Positions 39,086 through 52,399 of a stretch of DNA of 64,000 bases are shown here, piece after piece; the first letter of the stretch is position 1; every line of letters starts with the position of its first letter. The translations under genes were made by a program, and so were the position numbers. Origin of the DNA: Psammoneis japonica (Eukaryota); the NCBI GenBank assembly GCA_008632985.1, contig QPGO01000009.1, positions 1-64,000 on the forward strand, given 5' to 3'. Under the pieces are notes generated by a model that was not told the DNA's origin, ran no database searches, and worked only from the letters and a program-made list of their open reading frames with translations.

Positions 39086-41709
39086 CGGTACAATCGATTT
39101 TTAGCACATTTTATTTCAAAACTTGTGTCATGTTGTGTGTGTCATTTTCCTCTTGACATCTTCCAGAAGAATCGCGGAACAAGGTCAACAAAAAACAAAC
39201 GTTGTTGCGTCCATCTCTGCTGTGCTAAGCTGCTCTGTTGGGAAAGAGAGTGATTTTCCCGTGCAAACAGACCTCCATGTGGAAGGAGGTGTCAGCTGCT
39301 GTGGTGTTCGGGGGTGCAGCACGATTTGTCTTTGTCTCCAACCCCTTCTGCTTCAAGACTGCACTCGTGTGAAGTGCCATTGCACTTGAAGCTCTTGCCT
39401 GTCTTTTGTGTTGTTAAAGATCTTTTTTCAACAAGATCCAGTGATGAAAAAAACTGACAAAGATTGCGGCAAACAAGAGGCGGCAGAGCTGCTGTGGCAT
39501 CTGATGCACATGGAATGCCAGCTGTGCTTGCAGCTGTTTTCTGCTTGAAATGTCTTCCCAAAGAGCACACAAACAGCCCATCTAGAGATGTCTCAGGACA
39601 GCCTCATGCACCAACCTTGCAAGTCAAGCAACTTCCTTGTCAAAACTCGTCTTGACTCAAAGAAGAGGCAGCTGTTTGGGGCTGCAATGCTGAAAAGACG
39701 ATTGCACCAACATTCAACCAAAACACACACTGCAACAATCTTTTCTCACCAAAGCAATTGGCAAATGATGTGACCACATTTGTCACAAAAACATTGTCCA
39801 CTGACTCTTCCTTGTCCAAGGCCAAGAGACCATTCCCACAGTGCAACAAAAACTTGCCACACAAGGCTCTTCTCTCAACCCGCTCGCCATCTGTGGCATC
39901 AGTGATCAGGTTTTCAAAAAGTGCACAACAAAAATCACATGGCTCTGGCCCAAATGACAAGCTGACAGAGAGACAATCTTGCTGCAAAGATGCAACAGGA
40001 TTCCTGCAAACTGGTGGCAAAAGCAACTTCCCCCAATCCTCCATCCCTCGGAAGATCCCACAACTCATCTGGAGTTAAGACCACCCTCAAACATCTGGAG
40101 GTTTTGGCAGATGTCTGCCATGCAACTTTTTCTTTTGAACAAACCCAGCAAAAATGCAAAGAATGGTGCTTCTGTGCGATCTTGTGCTCAGCAACATGAC
40201 AAGCAGACCTGCAGAATTTCGTGGTTCAGTTGACGCTGCTCACATTGCAATCAACCAACAAGCCAGCTGATCCCTGAGACAATGTTTTCACAACATGAGG
40301 CTTCATTCCCATTGACAGCCAACAATGAGTTGCAAACTTGAACTACTTTGGCAAGGAACTGAGAGACCAGATTGTTTTTGCTGCCCCAGAAAGGGCTTTC
40401 TCAGAAAAACAACAAGCTCACAGTTTTGAGTTCTGCCTCATGCAATGTGCAATGAATGACAAAGCACCAGACTGGCGCCAAAGTGAAGGATGTTTGTTGT
40501 GCAAGACCATGTTGCCATGTGCCTGCAAAAGCATTTTTTCAACACAAGGGTCCCAAAATGCAACATCAAAGGTGCTCTGAAACTGAGCCAGAAGCTTGGT
40601 TTCCTCCAGCACAATGGCTTTTGTGGACAAGAACTCTCAACTCTGTCATTTGGTGTGACAGAGTTTTTTTCCCATTTGAGTGGCTCTGAAGCCATGCCAG
40701 CTGATTGGAGATGATTTGCTTGCCAGAAGGTTCAAAGCTTCCAAAAGCCATCTGCACCACCTCAACAATTGACAGAAAGCTTCAGGTCATGACAGATGTG
40801 TGCACCATTTTGCATTGCAAAGGAGACAGCCAGAACACTGCCACACATCCCTCTTGCTTTGTGGCTGATGACCACCTCCAAGCCCTTAAAGCGCACATGT
40901 GCCAGCTGGAAGCAGGGGTGGAACAAACAAGTGCAAGTGGGTGTGTGGCAAAAACTGCCAGTGCTCCAGAGAAACTGAGTTTGGAGCTTGGACCAGGTCA
41001 GCAAATGCACCTTGAAGGCAGCTTTGATTGGGAACAACAAAGAGTCAACACCCCCATTTCTTGTTGTTGTTTGCTGATGTTCTCATGGGAGAGTGCCATT
41101 GTGTGCTGAGAAAGTGGTGCTCGTCACCGCCATTTCTCTCAAATGCAAGTTCAGCCCACTGCACCTTCAAAAACAGCCACCATGTCCATCTCGCTGAGGT
41201 TTGTCAGGTTCTTGGCACACCCAAGGTCTCAACTCACCTGCTGATGGATGGCATGATGAGAAGCAAGACAGCTGTCCACACCACCTTGCACAGCATTGCC
41301 AGAGAAGTGGTGCAGTTGAGACAGATGCAAGGAAACTGCCTTGTGCTCAGAAGTTGTGTTGCACCCAGCATCTCTTCTGTCATGTTCCATCAAAGTTCCA
41401 GAAGAGTGCCAGCTTTGCACATTTTGTCATGGTCTTTGAGGGCATGACATGGAGTGGTTCTCAAGGCAAGACAGTCCTTTCAGAAGGCAGAACTGTCAAC
41501 AGCATTGTGTTGCATCAATTTGCTGGGTGCCACGGCTGCAGCACAACAACAGAGTTGAAGCTGAAACAACCTGCCCTTCTTGCTGCTTGGTGCAAAAGAC
41601 TCAAAACACAGAGACCATTGTGCCAGCAAAGTGCTTGTGTCTTTTTTGGCAAAGAGTTGCTGACATCTCAAAAGGAGCTTTGGTGCTTCTTGGAACAGAA
41701 AACTTGAGT

Positions 41710-44700
41710 GGCACAACTGGAAAATGTTGTGGCTCTTCTTGTTCAAAATTCACACTCTCATGCTCAGAGTTGTGTGTTCTTAACAAGTCCTTGACAATCA
41801 TTGACAAAGAGAGTTCGCTGATTGTTGGAGCCTTCCAAGCGGCACTCAACAGTCAATGCAAATCAGTTTTTGGTGCATCACACACACATTCTTGATAATT
41901 TTTGTGTCTGCTTGTTTCAACATTGTTCTCATGTCTGTCCACAATTAAACTGACCTTCCAAGCAGGAAATGACAGTTGATGAAACTTGTCACTTGCATTT
42001 GTTTCTGTCTTGCAGTGACAGCCATGTGTTTGCAACAACTTTCTGACATTGTTCATTTCTGACAACAACAATGTTCAATTGTCTTGTAAACCTGATTGTG
42101 CATCAGCTGTGTGCTGCTCATCATCTGATTGGCAAATGTTCCATTTCGTCATTTCTGCACTGCACACCAAACAATGCTCCCTTTTTCCCATTCTTGTTTT
42201 CTCCTGCATTCCACCAATTCCTGTTGTCCTTTGCAGTCCCTGCACAACAGGTGTGATGTTTTGGTCCTTGTGCCCTCCCTTGCAACCACTCTTGCTCTCT
42301 CCACAATCATCTGCACCAGGCAGCTGCATCATCCTGCAATGATCTGTCTTGCATTCCTTCTGTTTGGCAGGCCAAAGTGTTGCCTGCAACAAGAGAAAAC
42401 TTTGTGCCAATGACCAAGTTTTGTGCATGTCTTGTGTTTCTTGTGATCTTGTCTCATGTGCTGCTTCTGCTCACCTTCGTGCCCTTCCCTGTTGCCTGTC
42501 TTCCATTTCAGCTCAGGTCAAGTGTCCAGATGTCTGTGTGCAAAGATGTGCACAAGTGTCAGTCATTTGCATTGTGTGCCCAATCACCATGCATTTGCCA
42601 CTTGTTTTTCTCACTTTGTGTCTTGTGTCCTGCATTTTGTTCCATCCCATCCACAACGCCATTGCCTTTTGCCACTGCTCTCATTGTCAGACATTGGATG
42701 CGACTTGAGTTTGCATTTTTTGTGTCTTGTGAGAGAGCAACAATTCATGTTTTTGGCTAAAATGCAAGCCTGACTGTCAGTTGATTCCCATTGGCATCTC
42801 TTTTTCAGCAACAACTTTGTTTTAAAAATCAATGATTGCATCACAATGCAGTGGTTTGAACGATTTGAAGCAACCTCAATGAGTCACTCAGTTGTTGATG
42901 TCACACATGCATTTGACACAAGTTTGACTTTGTCGTGTCAATGTGTTTTTGTCAAGATTGAAATTTTCACACTCATGCTGCACACTCCCAGCTCCAGAAC
43001 TTCAATCAACACCTTTTTGCCATTTGGTGTGTTCAAAGATTGCCGCTGCCAACAAGACAATCACCTCTCTCGAGAAAGCTCAGAAACAGACCCTTCATGC
43101 CAGTGAAATGACAACTTTGGAGACCAACCTTGTGAAGAAAGTGGGAGACTTGAAGGTGGGTCATGCTCTTCCACTCTCTCTTGGATTTCTGTCCAAACAA
43201 GAGTGAGATGAAGTCCCTTCCTGCAAGACACCCTTGGCTTGAAACAGGGAACACCATGAATTTCCATTCACTGACTCCCTGCCCTGGTTGTTGTTGGCTC
43301 CCCTGGGACACAATGGAGGCACCCAAGGCCATCCAAAGACAACTGGGCACTTGCACTGTCACAAAGAGCAGAAAGCTCCCTTGTCTCTGCAGGTGGGGTG
43401 GCTGGGCTAAAGCAAGAAGCCAGTCACGTCAGAAAGACAAGTGGCTGCATTGGCCCAAGACCGGGCTTTTCCTTCCCAACCATTGTTGTTCTTGCCTCCT
43501 CCTCAGGGACCCAATGAACTCTTTTGTGCCCATCCAAAGACAACTGAGCACTTGCACTGTCACACAGACAGCTTCTTTGTCTTTCTTGCAAATTTCTTCT
43601 TGGCTGGGCCAAACCCTGTCATGATGTCAGAGAGACAAGGTGCTGCATTGACACAAGACAAGGCCTTTGCTTCCAGACCATTGTTGCTCAAAATCAACAT
43701 CTTTTTGCCATTTGGCCTTTTTGCCATTTGGTGTGTTTGTTGACCATGCCGCCAAGAAAAAATGAGAAGCAGAGCCAACAAGGTGCTGGCCGCAATGACG
43801 CCAGTCGCGCCAGCCCCGCTGGTGGCCATGTTGGAGGTGGTGCTCATGGTGTTCAAGCACAAGGTTGAGGTCCTCCCAGGCAGTCCAGGCAAAGCTCCAA
43901 GACAAGCTCTTGGCAACATCAAGGCTCTTTGTCCAGAGCTGCTCCACTGGCCGGTGACCCAGGATCTGCCGCTGCTGCAGTCTCCACCAATGAAGAAGCT
44001 GATGCCTTTGAAAATGTGTCTGACGGCTCTTCCCCAGCATTTCAACAAGAAGATCTCTGCTTTCTCAAGGAGCATCCACCAATCACCATGCCTCCAACAG
44101 CATCAACCCAAAAGAAATGTCTGGCAAAGAATGCAAAGTGTGGCTGTTGTTTTGTTGGCAGATGCACGGCCTTTGGAAAAATCAGCTGCAGCAAAAGTGC
44201 AAAGCCCATGGTGCAAAAATTGCCACTGCCAACAAGACAATTGCCTCTCTCCAGAAAGCTCAGAAACAGACCCTTTGTGCCAGCAAAATGACAACTTTGG
44301 AGACCAACCTTGCAATGAAAGTGGGTGACTTGAAGGTTGGTTGTGCTCTTCTGTTCTCTCTTGGTTTTCTGTCCAAACAAGAGACAGGGAACACCATGAA
44401 TTTCTGTTCACTGGCTCCAATTGCCACTGCCAACAAGACAATTGCCTCTCTCTCCAGAAAGCTCAGAAACAGACCCTTCATGCAAATGACAACTTTGGAG
44501 ACCAACCTTCAATGAAAGTGGGTGACTTGAAGGTTGGTTGTGCTCTTCTGTTCTCTCTCTTGGCTTTCTGTCCAAACAAGAGGCAGGGAACACCATGAAT
44601 TTCCATTCACTGACTCCCTGCCCTGGTTGTTGCTGGCTCCCCTGGGACACAATGGAGAAACCCAAGGCCACCCAATGACAACTGGGCACTTGCACTGTCA

Positions 44701-46860
44701 CACAGAGCAGAAAGCTCCCTTGTCTCTGCAGGTGAGGTGGCTGGGCCAAAGCAAGGAGCCAATCACATCAGACAGAAAAGGGGCTGCATTGGCCCAAGAC
44801 CAGGCTTTTCCTTCCCAACCATTGTTGTTCTTGCCTCCTCAGGGACCAGATGAAGTGTCAAGACAACTGAGTGCTTGCGCTGTCACACAGATGGTTCCCT
44901 TGTCTCAGCTGCAAATTGGTTCTTGGCTGGGCCAAACCCAGTCATGTCACTGAGACAAGGTGCTGCATTGACACAAGACAAGGCCTGCACTTCCCAACCA
45001 TTGTTGTTGTTGTGTCCTCCTGAATCCAGCAGAGTTGTCAAAAGCCATCCCAAGACAACTGAGCACACACAGATGGTTTTCTTGTCTCTGCAGGTGGGGT
45101 GGCAGGGCCAAACCCAACCATGTCAGAGAGATGCAGGGCTGCATTGACACAAGACAAGGCCTTTGCTTCCCAGCCATTGTTGTCATTGGCTCATCTGGGA
45201 TCCAACAGAGTCACCAAAAGCCATCCCAAGACAACTGAGCACTTGCACTGTTGCACAGATGCTTTTCTTGTCTCTGCAGGTGGGGCAGCTGGGCCAAACC
45301 CAGTCATGTCAGAGAGACAAGACAAGGCCTTTTCTTCCCAACCATCATTGTGGTTGGTTCCTCTGGGATCCATTGGAGTCACCAAAAGCCATCCCAACAT
45401 GACCAAGCACTTGCACTGTTGCACAGATGGTTTTCTTGTCTCTGCAGGTGGGGTGGCAGGGCCAAACCCAGTCATGTCAGCAAGACAAAGGGCTGCATTG
45501 ACACAAGACAAGGCCTTTGCTTCCCAACCATTGTTGTCATTGCATCCTCTGGGATCCAATGGAGGCATCCAATGCCACCCAAGACAATGGAGCACTTGCA
45601 CTGTTGCACATGTGTGTCCCTTGTCTCTGCAGGTGGGCTGGCTGGGGGCCAAAGCCAGTCATGTCAGAGAGACAAGGTGCTGCATTGATGCAAGACAAGG
45701 CATTTGCTCCCCAACCATGGTTGTCAGCATGTCCCTGGCAAGCCACTGGAGTCTTCCAATGCTGTCCCAAGACAACTGCACACCTCCTTTGCCACATCTG
45801 CGGGCATCACACTTTCACACCTTGTGCAGCTGGGCACATTCTTGGTTCTTGTTTGTGGAGGAATCACACAAGGGGCTGCTGCAGCCAAGACAAGGCTTGC
45901 AGCTTCCCAAATGAAGAGTGCAAAGACACCACAGTTGGGCCAGCTCACTCAACAAATGCAGACTGGGCGCATTTGGGGTGCATGTCATGCTGTGGGCAGA
46001 AACTCAAATCAACATGCATTTGTGGTGATGATGATGATCTGGCTTGGCATTTGGCGAATGTTTGCTTGGACACAGGGACACCACCACATGCTTCATTTTA
46101 GCTGCTCAAGTGGCGCTGGCCTGCGCATCATGCACCATCCACCTGGCAAGCCTGTTGCTCCAATTGGAGATGCCAAGACATGTCATCAAACTCAACACCA
46201 GAATGAGCCCCTTCAAACTGATGATGTTTGGCTGAGGATGAACTCTGGCCATTGTCCTCATTTGTGGCAATGGTGGCAGGGAAGAAGATGAAACAATCTT
46301 CCCAGTCTCTGTCATTTGGCAGTGGCTTTTCAAGCAGCAGGGCCATTCCTCACTTTGTGAGATGCAAAGACCATCACTTGGCAAGTTTAAATCCAAGCTG
46401 CTCTTCCTGCTGTTCCCAGTGCTTCTCTTCCTGTGGCACTGGGGTGTGCCTCCCAAAGTCATCATCAGGGTTCAGGCCAAAATGGAGAAAGAAGAACACT
46501 GGAGGTGCCTTTGAAAATGTGAGAGCATGCTTGTTGTTGTTGTTGTTGTTGTTGTTGTCACACATCCAACCAGGATGTCAGATCAGAGGATGAGTTGTGC
46601 AGTGTCCAGCAGGAAAAAAGAACCACAGGCACAGCAGAGACAGAGCAAAGCAAAGGCAAAGAGCTGACAAAATGGAAGGAAAAGGAAACAAACAAAGCAG
46701 AGGTTGAGAATGAGGACAAAATGAGCCACACAGTTGACCAAAACAAAGGCAGAGATCCACACAGGTGACTCAACACAATGCTTTTGGGCCACGTCTGCAC
46801 AGCCATTGCTGTGATTTTTGACAAAAATGCTCACAGCCCACAAAATCAATTCTTTGACCT
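41710..46860. repeat. right arm of the inverted repeat, including inverted copies of the ~180-bp array (43250-45790) and a local ~200-bp triplication (~43050, ~44230, ~44430)
   Basis: Reverse-complement matches to 29700-35110. CAACAAGACAAT..CCTCTCT..AGAAAGCTCAGAAACAGACCC occurs three times. Confidence 0.88.
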
Positions 46861-49800
46861 CAAGTGCAAGAAACACCTGGAGAGCATGATGCCAACACAT
46901 CATTGTGGTCATGAGGTGTGTGTCCCAAAGAAAGGCATCTTCACTCAATGCCTTCAATCATCATCTGAACTTTTCACTCAATTTCTTCATTTCTTCTGCA
47001 AATGTTTTGAAGGTCTAAAGTGGAGCACATTTTGCAGATGCTCATGACTTGGATGGTGCACAAAACAGATGATGGAGAAAGGCATGCACTCTTTCTTTGG
47101 CTTTGTTTTCCATGTCAAAAACAAAAGCAAGTGCAGCAATCCTTGCTTGTCGCAATCATCTGCAACAATCAAATTGACTCAATGTCCATGTTGGTTTGTC
47201 CAAAAGTGTCAATCAACGGCTCAAACGCTGCCCTCTGTGACTTGAGGACACTGTCCTGGGCAGTTTTGTCAGGTGTCAAAATTTGTGCAAGCTCCTGAGG
47301 AGCTGCAAGCAGTTGAACATCGGACCCTGTGAACATGCCAGCTCCAACCAAATTAATTTGGAGCATGACTTTAACTGCTCACATTGTCTGCAAAGAGGCG
47401 TTTTCAAGCAACCAATGCTTCTAAGATCAGGGTCAAACTGCAGAAAATGCTGCCAGCAACAATTGAATGATGACAGCTGGCCAGAGTCCTTCTGTTGGAC
47501 ACCCATTTTTGTCATTTTGCATGCACAGAACGATGTGCAGTTTGTTGACAATGTGGGTTGAACACTGCACAACAGTCCGGGAAGCATCTGCTGCACAAAA
47601 GGACATTGAATGTGAGCAATGGCAAGAACCAACAAGCACAGTTGGCACCATTTAACCATGGCTGAAAGGTGGGTTTGATCCAGGACTTGGTGAGTGCACA
47701 GGCAGCTCTCTCTCTCTGCTGGGCTCCAAGCACTGGAAATCATTGCTGCAATGATGACAGTTTCTTTGTCAAAGAGCAATGTCATAAAATGCTGTGTCTC
47801 AAGAGTCTCATCAACTGACGCACTGTGCAAAGCTTGCTCAAGTGCCTTTCAAAAACATGTCACCAAGCTCACTTCCTCTTTGCCACAACAGATGGAGCCA
47901 GCAAACTGCAGCACACAGAGAAAACACTCATGTGAGTCACTCAGAGGCAACTCAAACAAAGGCAGAGATCTGACAAATGTGGAAGAAAAAAAGACAAGCA
48001 AAACTGTTCTCAACAAGTGTTTAAAATGTGGACAGAATGAGCCACACAGGTGGCTTAAATTGAGCAAAAAAGATTTCTTTGTTTGTGTGCTAAGAAACAA
48101 AATCAACAACTGTGTGTGTTGAAGATCTGTGGATGCAGTCAGCGTGCATGTGAAAAATTTAATCATTGACAAGTTGTGCTCTTGTCAAGCATGGAAACAT
48201 GTTGCAGATGCAATTGCTTCTGACAGTGAAGGGCACAAAAATGTTGTCATGAGAATCACTCATTAGAAAAACCGCTTTCCAGCGCAACATTTGGATGGAC
48301 AAACAAACAACAAACATTTGGAGTCTGGTTGGCAAAAAATTGTTTGTCAATGTGCTGCTTTCTGACCCCTTCTCATGCAAATGCATGGCGATTTTGAAAC
48401 TGTGTGTTGTTCCTTTGTGCGTGCATGAAAACACAAAAATTCTTGAACTCTTTTGTGTTTGTGGGTGTCTTGTTGTTTTCAAGACCAACAAGTTTTTTTT
48501 TTTCATTTTTGTCAATTGTCGAATGCACCACAAATGTCATTTTGGCTGGCAGGTGGCTTGTTTGTTGATTTTGTTTGTCTTTTGCATTGTGGCAGCAACT
48601 CGATTTTGGCACCGCACTGGCTTTGACAAAAACAAACAAACAAACACTTTACAACCCAAATGATTGGCAAGACTCAAAATGTTTGTTGTTGTCATTTGTT
48701 GTTTTTTTGCATTGGAAACCTCCTCAGCCCACCATCACCTTTGAATGCATGGTTGCATGCACTAGACCCCTTTCTGCTTGTGTGTTCACAATGGCAAATT
48801 TGAACATCATCACGTCTCTGCTTTAGAAAATGGCACCTCCTGTGCGGAACAGCAGAGTGACAGCAATGTTCCACCTTGACACTCTCACAATCTTCTCAAC
48901 ATGTTTCAAAAGCTCCTCTGACTTTTGTGCCATGGGCTGGAAAATGGACAATCCTTGGCTGTTGTGTGTTGTTGTGTTGACACCCAGGTTGCGTCTGATC
49001 AAAGTTGGGCATCGTGCTTTCATGAAGCTGGCAGCAAAGTTGCGGTTCATTGTTGAGTTCTTGAGCATGGTGTGAGTGGAAAAATGTTGACTTTCAGTGA
49101 TTTTTCCAGCAGTTCCTTGGCAACTTCTTGCACTTGTTTTTTCAAAATGACTTGCAGAAAAATGGACACACACACACTTGGTGAGAGTGTGCTGTTGACA
49201 CGGCTGCCATTGTCACATGCAAGCACTTGTTCAGCTCCCCACTTGTGTCCATCACAAGTTTTGACTGTGGCAAGCAGCAGTTCAGCACATTTGCTGTTGA
49301 CAGTGAGTGATTTTTGCTGCAAGCACATTGAGTTCCATGGTGCCTCAAGATTTGTGCCAGTTGTTGGTTTGAGAAGTTTGTCTCTGAGTCTGCAGAGCTG
49401 CTCCAAGCCACTCCTGGATGCAGAGAACAACTCATACAAACAGAGTGCTGTCTCTTGTCTGTTTCTCTTGAGAGAAACCTTTTGTTGATGTGTGCAAAAC
49501 AGCACACTTTGTTGCCTGTTCAAGAGTTGGTTCACGCATGAGAGTGTTGACTTTGCATTTTTGTCTGCACACTGCTGCGGCCACAAAAATCGCTTGTCAG
49601 AAAACCAAGCTCTCATCTTGTGGCACCATTGTTTGATGATCAACAACCCAGTCCATCATCAGCTTTGAATGCATGGGTGCATGCAAGAGACTGTTCTGCA
49701 TGCACTCACAACAACACATTTGAAAATTGTCATGTTCTTGCCATTGAAAATGGTGCCAAAAGTTTGGGCCACATGCTTCATGTGAAAAGGGGCACTTTTG

Positions 49801-51509
49801 TGTGTGTGCGTGCCCACCCAAATCTGGAGAAAAAGTCACAACTGACAAAATCACAACATGACAGCATGTCAAGCAGATTCTTCACCTTGTTCTTGGGACT
49901 TCCTCAAAAGCCTGAATGAGGAGAGGTCTGTCTTTTAAAAGAGCTGTGAACAACATTTGGCCTCCAGCAAGAGACTTCAACACGAGGAACAATTCAAAAA
50001 CTGATGTGATCGATGTCATTCCACGGCTGTTGACATGTTTTCTTTGTGATGGCGTTTGATCTTGAAACCATCACAAAAGCAATTGAAGGCAGCTCAAAGT
50101 GGGGTGCTTTGAAGCAAAATGTTGTGATGGATGCTGCGCACATGGAGGACTGCATCGATGACAGATCTGATGAAGCAGAGAGACCCACCATGATGTTGAG
50201 TGTCAATGATGAGTTGAAATTTTGTGCACGCAACAGCCCCACATGTGACACATCAATGGAAAGCTGAGAGTCTGCTTGTTCCACAGGGGAGGGAATGGGG
50301 GGTGGGGCAAGCAGTGGCAGTTTGTTCAGAAGATGAGGTGTGAGTTTTGGGTGTGATCATTGAAACGCACGTGTTTGTAAAAACAATTGGTGTTTCACCT
50401 CACTTCTTTGACTGGCAAGGAACCAAAATGGGGGAACACTTTTTGGATGCCAAACACAATTTGATTTGGACCATTGCCATTTCAATGCATTCCACAGACA
50501 TGCAGGCATGCATTGAAATGGGCTCGGGTGTCAAAAACTCCGTTGCATGTTCCTCAAGTGTTCCCCCATTTCAAAGTCATCAAAAATGTCCAAAAACATG
50601 GTGGAGACCAATGCCCCAATGCATGGTTCCCTGATCTTCAATTGCAGTTGGCTCAATTCTTGCACAAAATCTTCCAGCATGGCGTGGGTCCACTCTCAAG
50701 TGTGCGACGCCAAAGGCCAGCACATGTGAAAAGCACAGTCAACACTTTCATCTTGCGGAAATGTTGGAGCCTGGCACAGGCTGTTTTCCAGCTCTGCCCA
50801 CAAAGCAAGAGCTTGCAAAGGACACAGTGCTGCAAGCGCTCCTTGCAAGAATCTTTTGATTGCCAGTTGGGTTTCTGCAAGAGAGTGAGAGATGTTGTTG
50901 GCTCTCTCACTCTTGCGGTTGTTCTGCTGCAGGAAATTCCAATTTTGTGATCTTCTGGGTCTTTGTCATTCCAGAAGATCTTTGCCCTGTTGGCAGAAGA
51001 TGTTGCGCCATCCTCATCAGGCATTGAGCTCTTCACCACCTCTGCACAGATCTGGGTTCTTGAGCTGTCCCCAACATTGGCACCCATCTGAGCAAGGACC
51101 AAACAGCCAGAGGTGGCAGAACCAATGAGCTCTTGCTCCAAACATGGCAGGCACAGACAAGGAAAACCCTTGGACACCCACCTCTGTTGTCTTTTTGCAG
51201 TGCCTCTCTTGCTGCAACTCTGTTGAGTTTTTTTCTTGGCCAAGATGAGTCTCTCTTTGTGCTGTTTGCTTCAGCTGCCATGTCAGTTGCCCCCCCCCCT
51301 CCCAAAGCCACTCAGTCTGTCATGACTTCTCCTCACAAGGTCAGGAGCATCTTCATGGAGAGAAAATGCCAAGAAGCCTTTGTGGCAAGGCTGCATTTGG
51401 CATTGTTGACAATGACTGCAACAGCGCAGTGCTTGGGACAAAGCTTGAGCTCATGCTTTGTTGATCTGAGAGCGAGACAAAGGTTCGCACAGTCAAGCTC
51501 TAGAACATG

Positions 51510-51800
51510 GATGCTGATGGGCTCAGCACCAAGGAGTTTTGCAAACTTCTTGGCAACCAAGCTTGCTCTTGGCAGCAGAGTCACCTGGTGGAGACCAACA
51601 ACCTTGGCCATGACATGCTTTTCTGGATCAAGAAAGATGACGGCAGATCTGTGACATCTGAGCTTGTTCTTGCTCTCCAATTTGAGCAGGTTTTTGATGT
51701 CTTGGCACAGCACCATGGACGCATGGGTGGTCATCCCAAATTGGGTTGCATGTTCAATGACATCAAGAAAAAGTTTTACAATGTCACAGAGATGCTGGGT
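51510..51800 (+). mobile_element. integrase zinc-binding (H2C2-type) domain remnant, Ginger/KRBA2/SCAND3-like
   Basis: LALQFEQVFDVLAQHHGRMGGHPKLGCMFNDIKKKFYNVTEM resembles the E.FD.L...H...GH.G...M...IK.KY.NIT pattern that precedes rve integrases. No catalytic core was recognised downstream. Confidence 0.55.
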
Positions 51801-52399
51801 TTCTCACTTCTGCTGCCACATGCTGGTTGCTGCACCCCTTGCAGCCAAACAACCAGAGTGCTGTTGGAAGCCTCTTTCAGTGCCGCCAGTGGCTTTCCAG
51901 TCAGCCAAGCCATGCACTCACCATGGGTGCAGGCTCTTGTTCCAGCATTGTGTTTTTCTTGGCAGCGGTGCTTGGTCAGTGTGGGTTCTTCCTGTTGAGC
52001 AATTGTGTGTAAAATGTGTGGTGTGGTGGATGTCTTCTTCAGGTGGTGGGGCCGGGGGGAAACACCTCGCAGCCAATCACACACAAAATCTGCGCACTGC
52101 AGTCTGCAGTGGGGGATCATGTGCAAAAACTGCAGCTGCACTCCACCAGCACCAAGCTGCTCTCTGCCACCAGTGCCGGCAGCCAGCAGCTGCTAGAGCA
52201 GCAGCAGAAAGAGCAGAGTGCGGCAGGTTGGGAGCAGTGGGGGGAAATGCCTCGCAGCCACAATCTCCAAATCATGTGCCGCACAAAATCTGTTCAAGCC
52301 AGATGAGCTGCAAGAGAAGTGCAGCGTTCACTGTGTGGGCTTGGCATTTGCAAACAATGAGATTGGCTCCTCGCGGATGAGGCAGTGCATTGACTGCAG

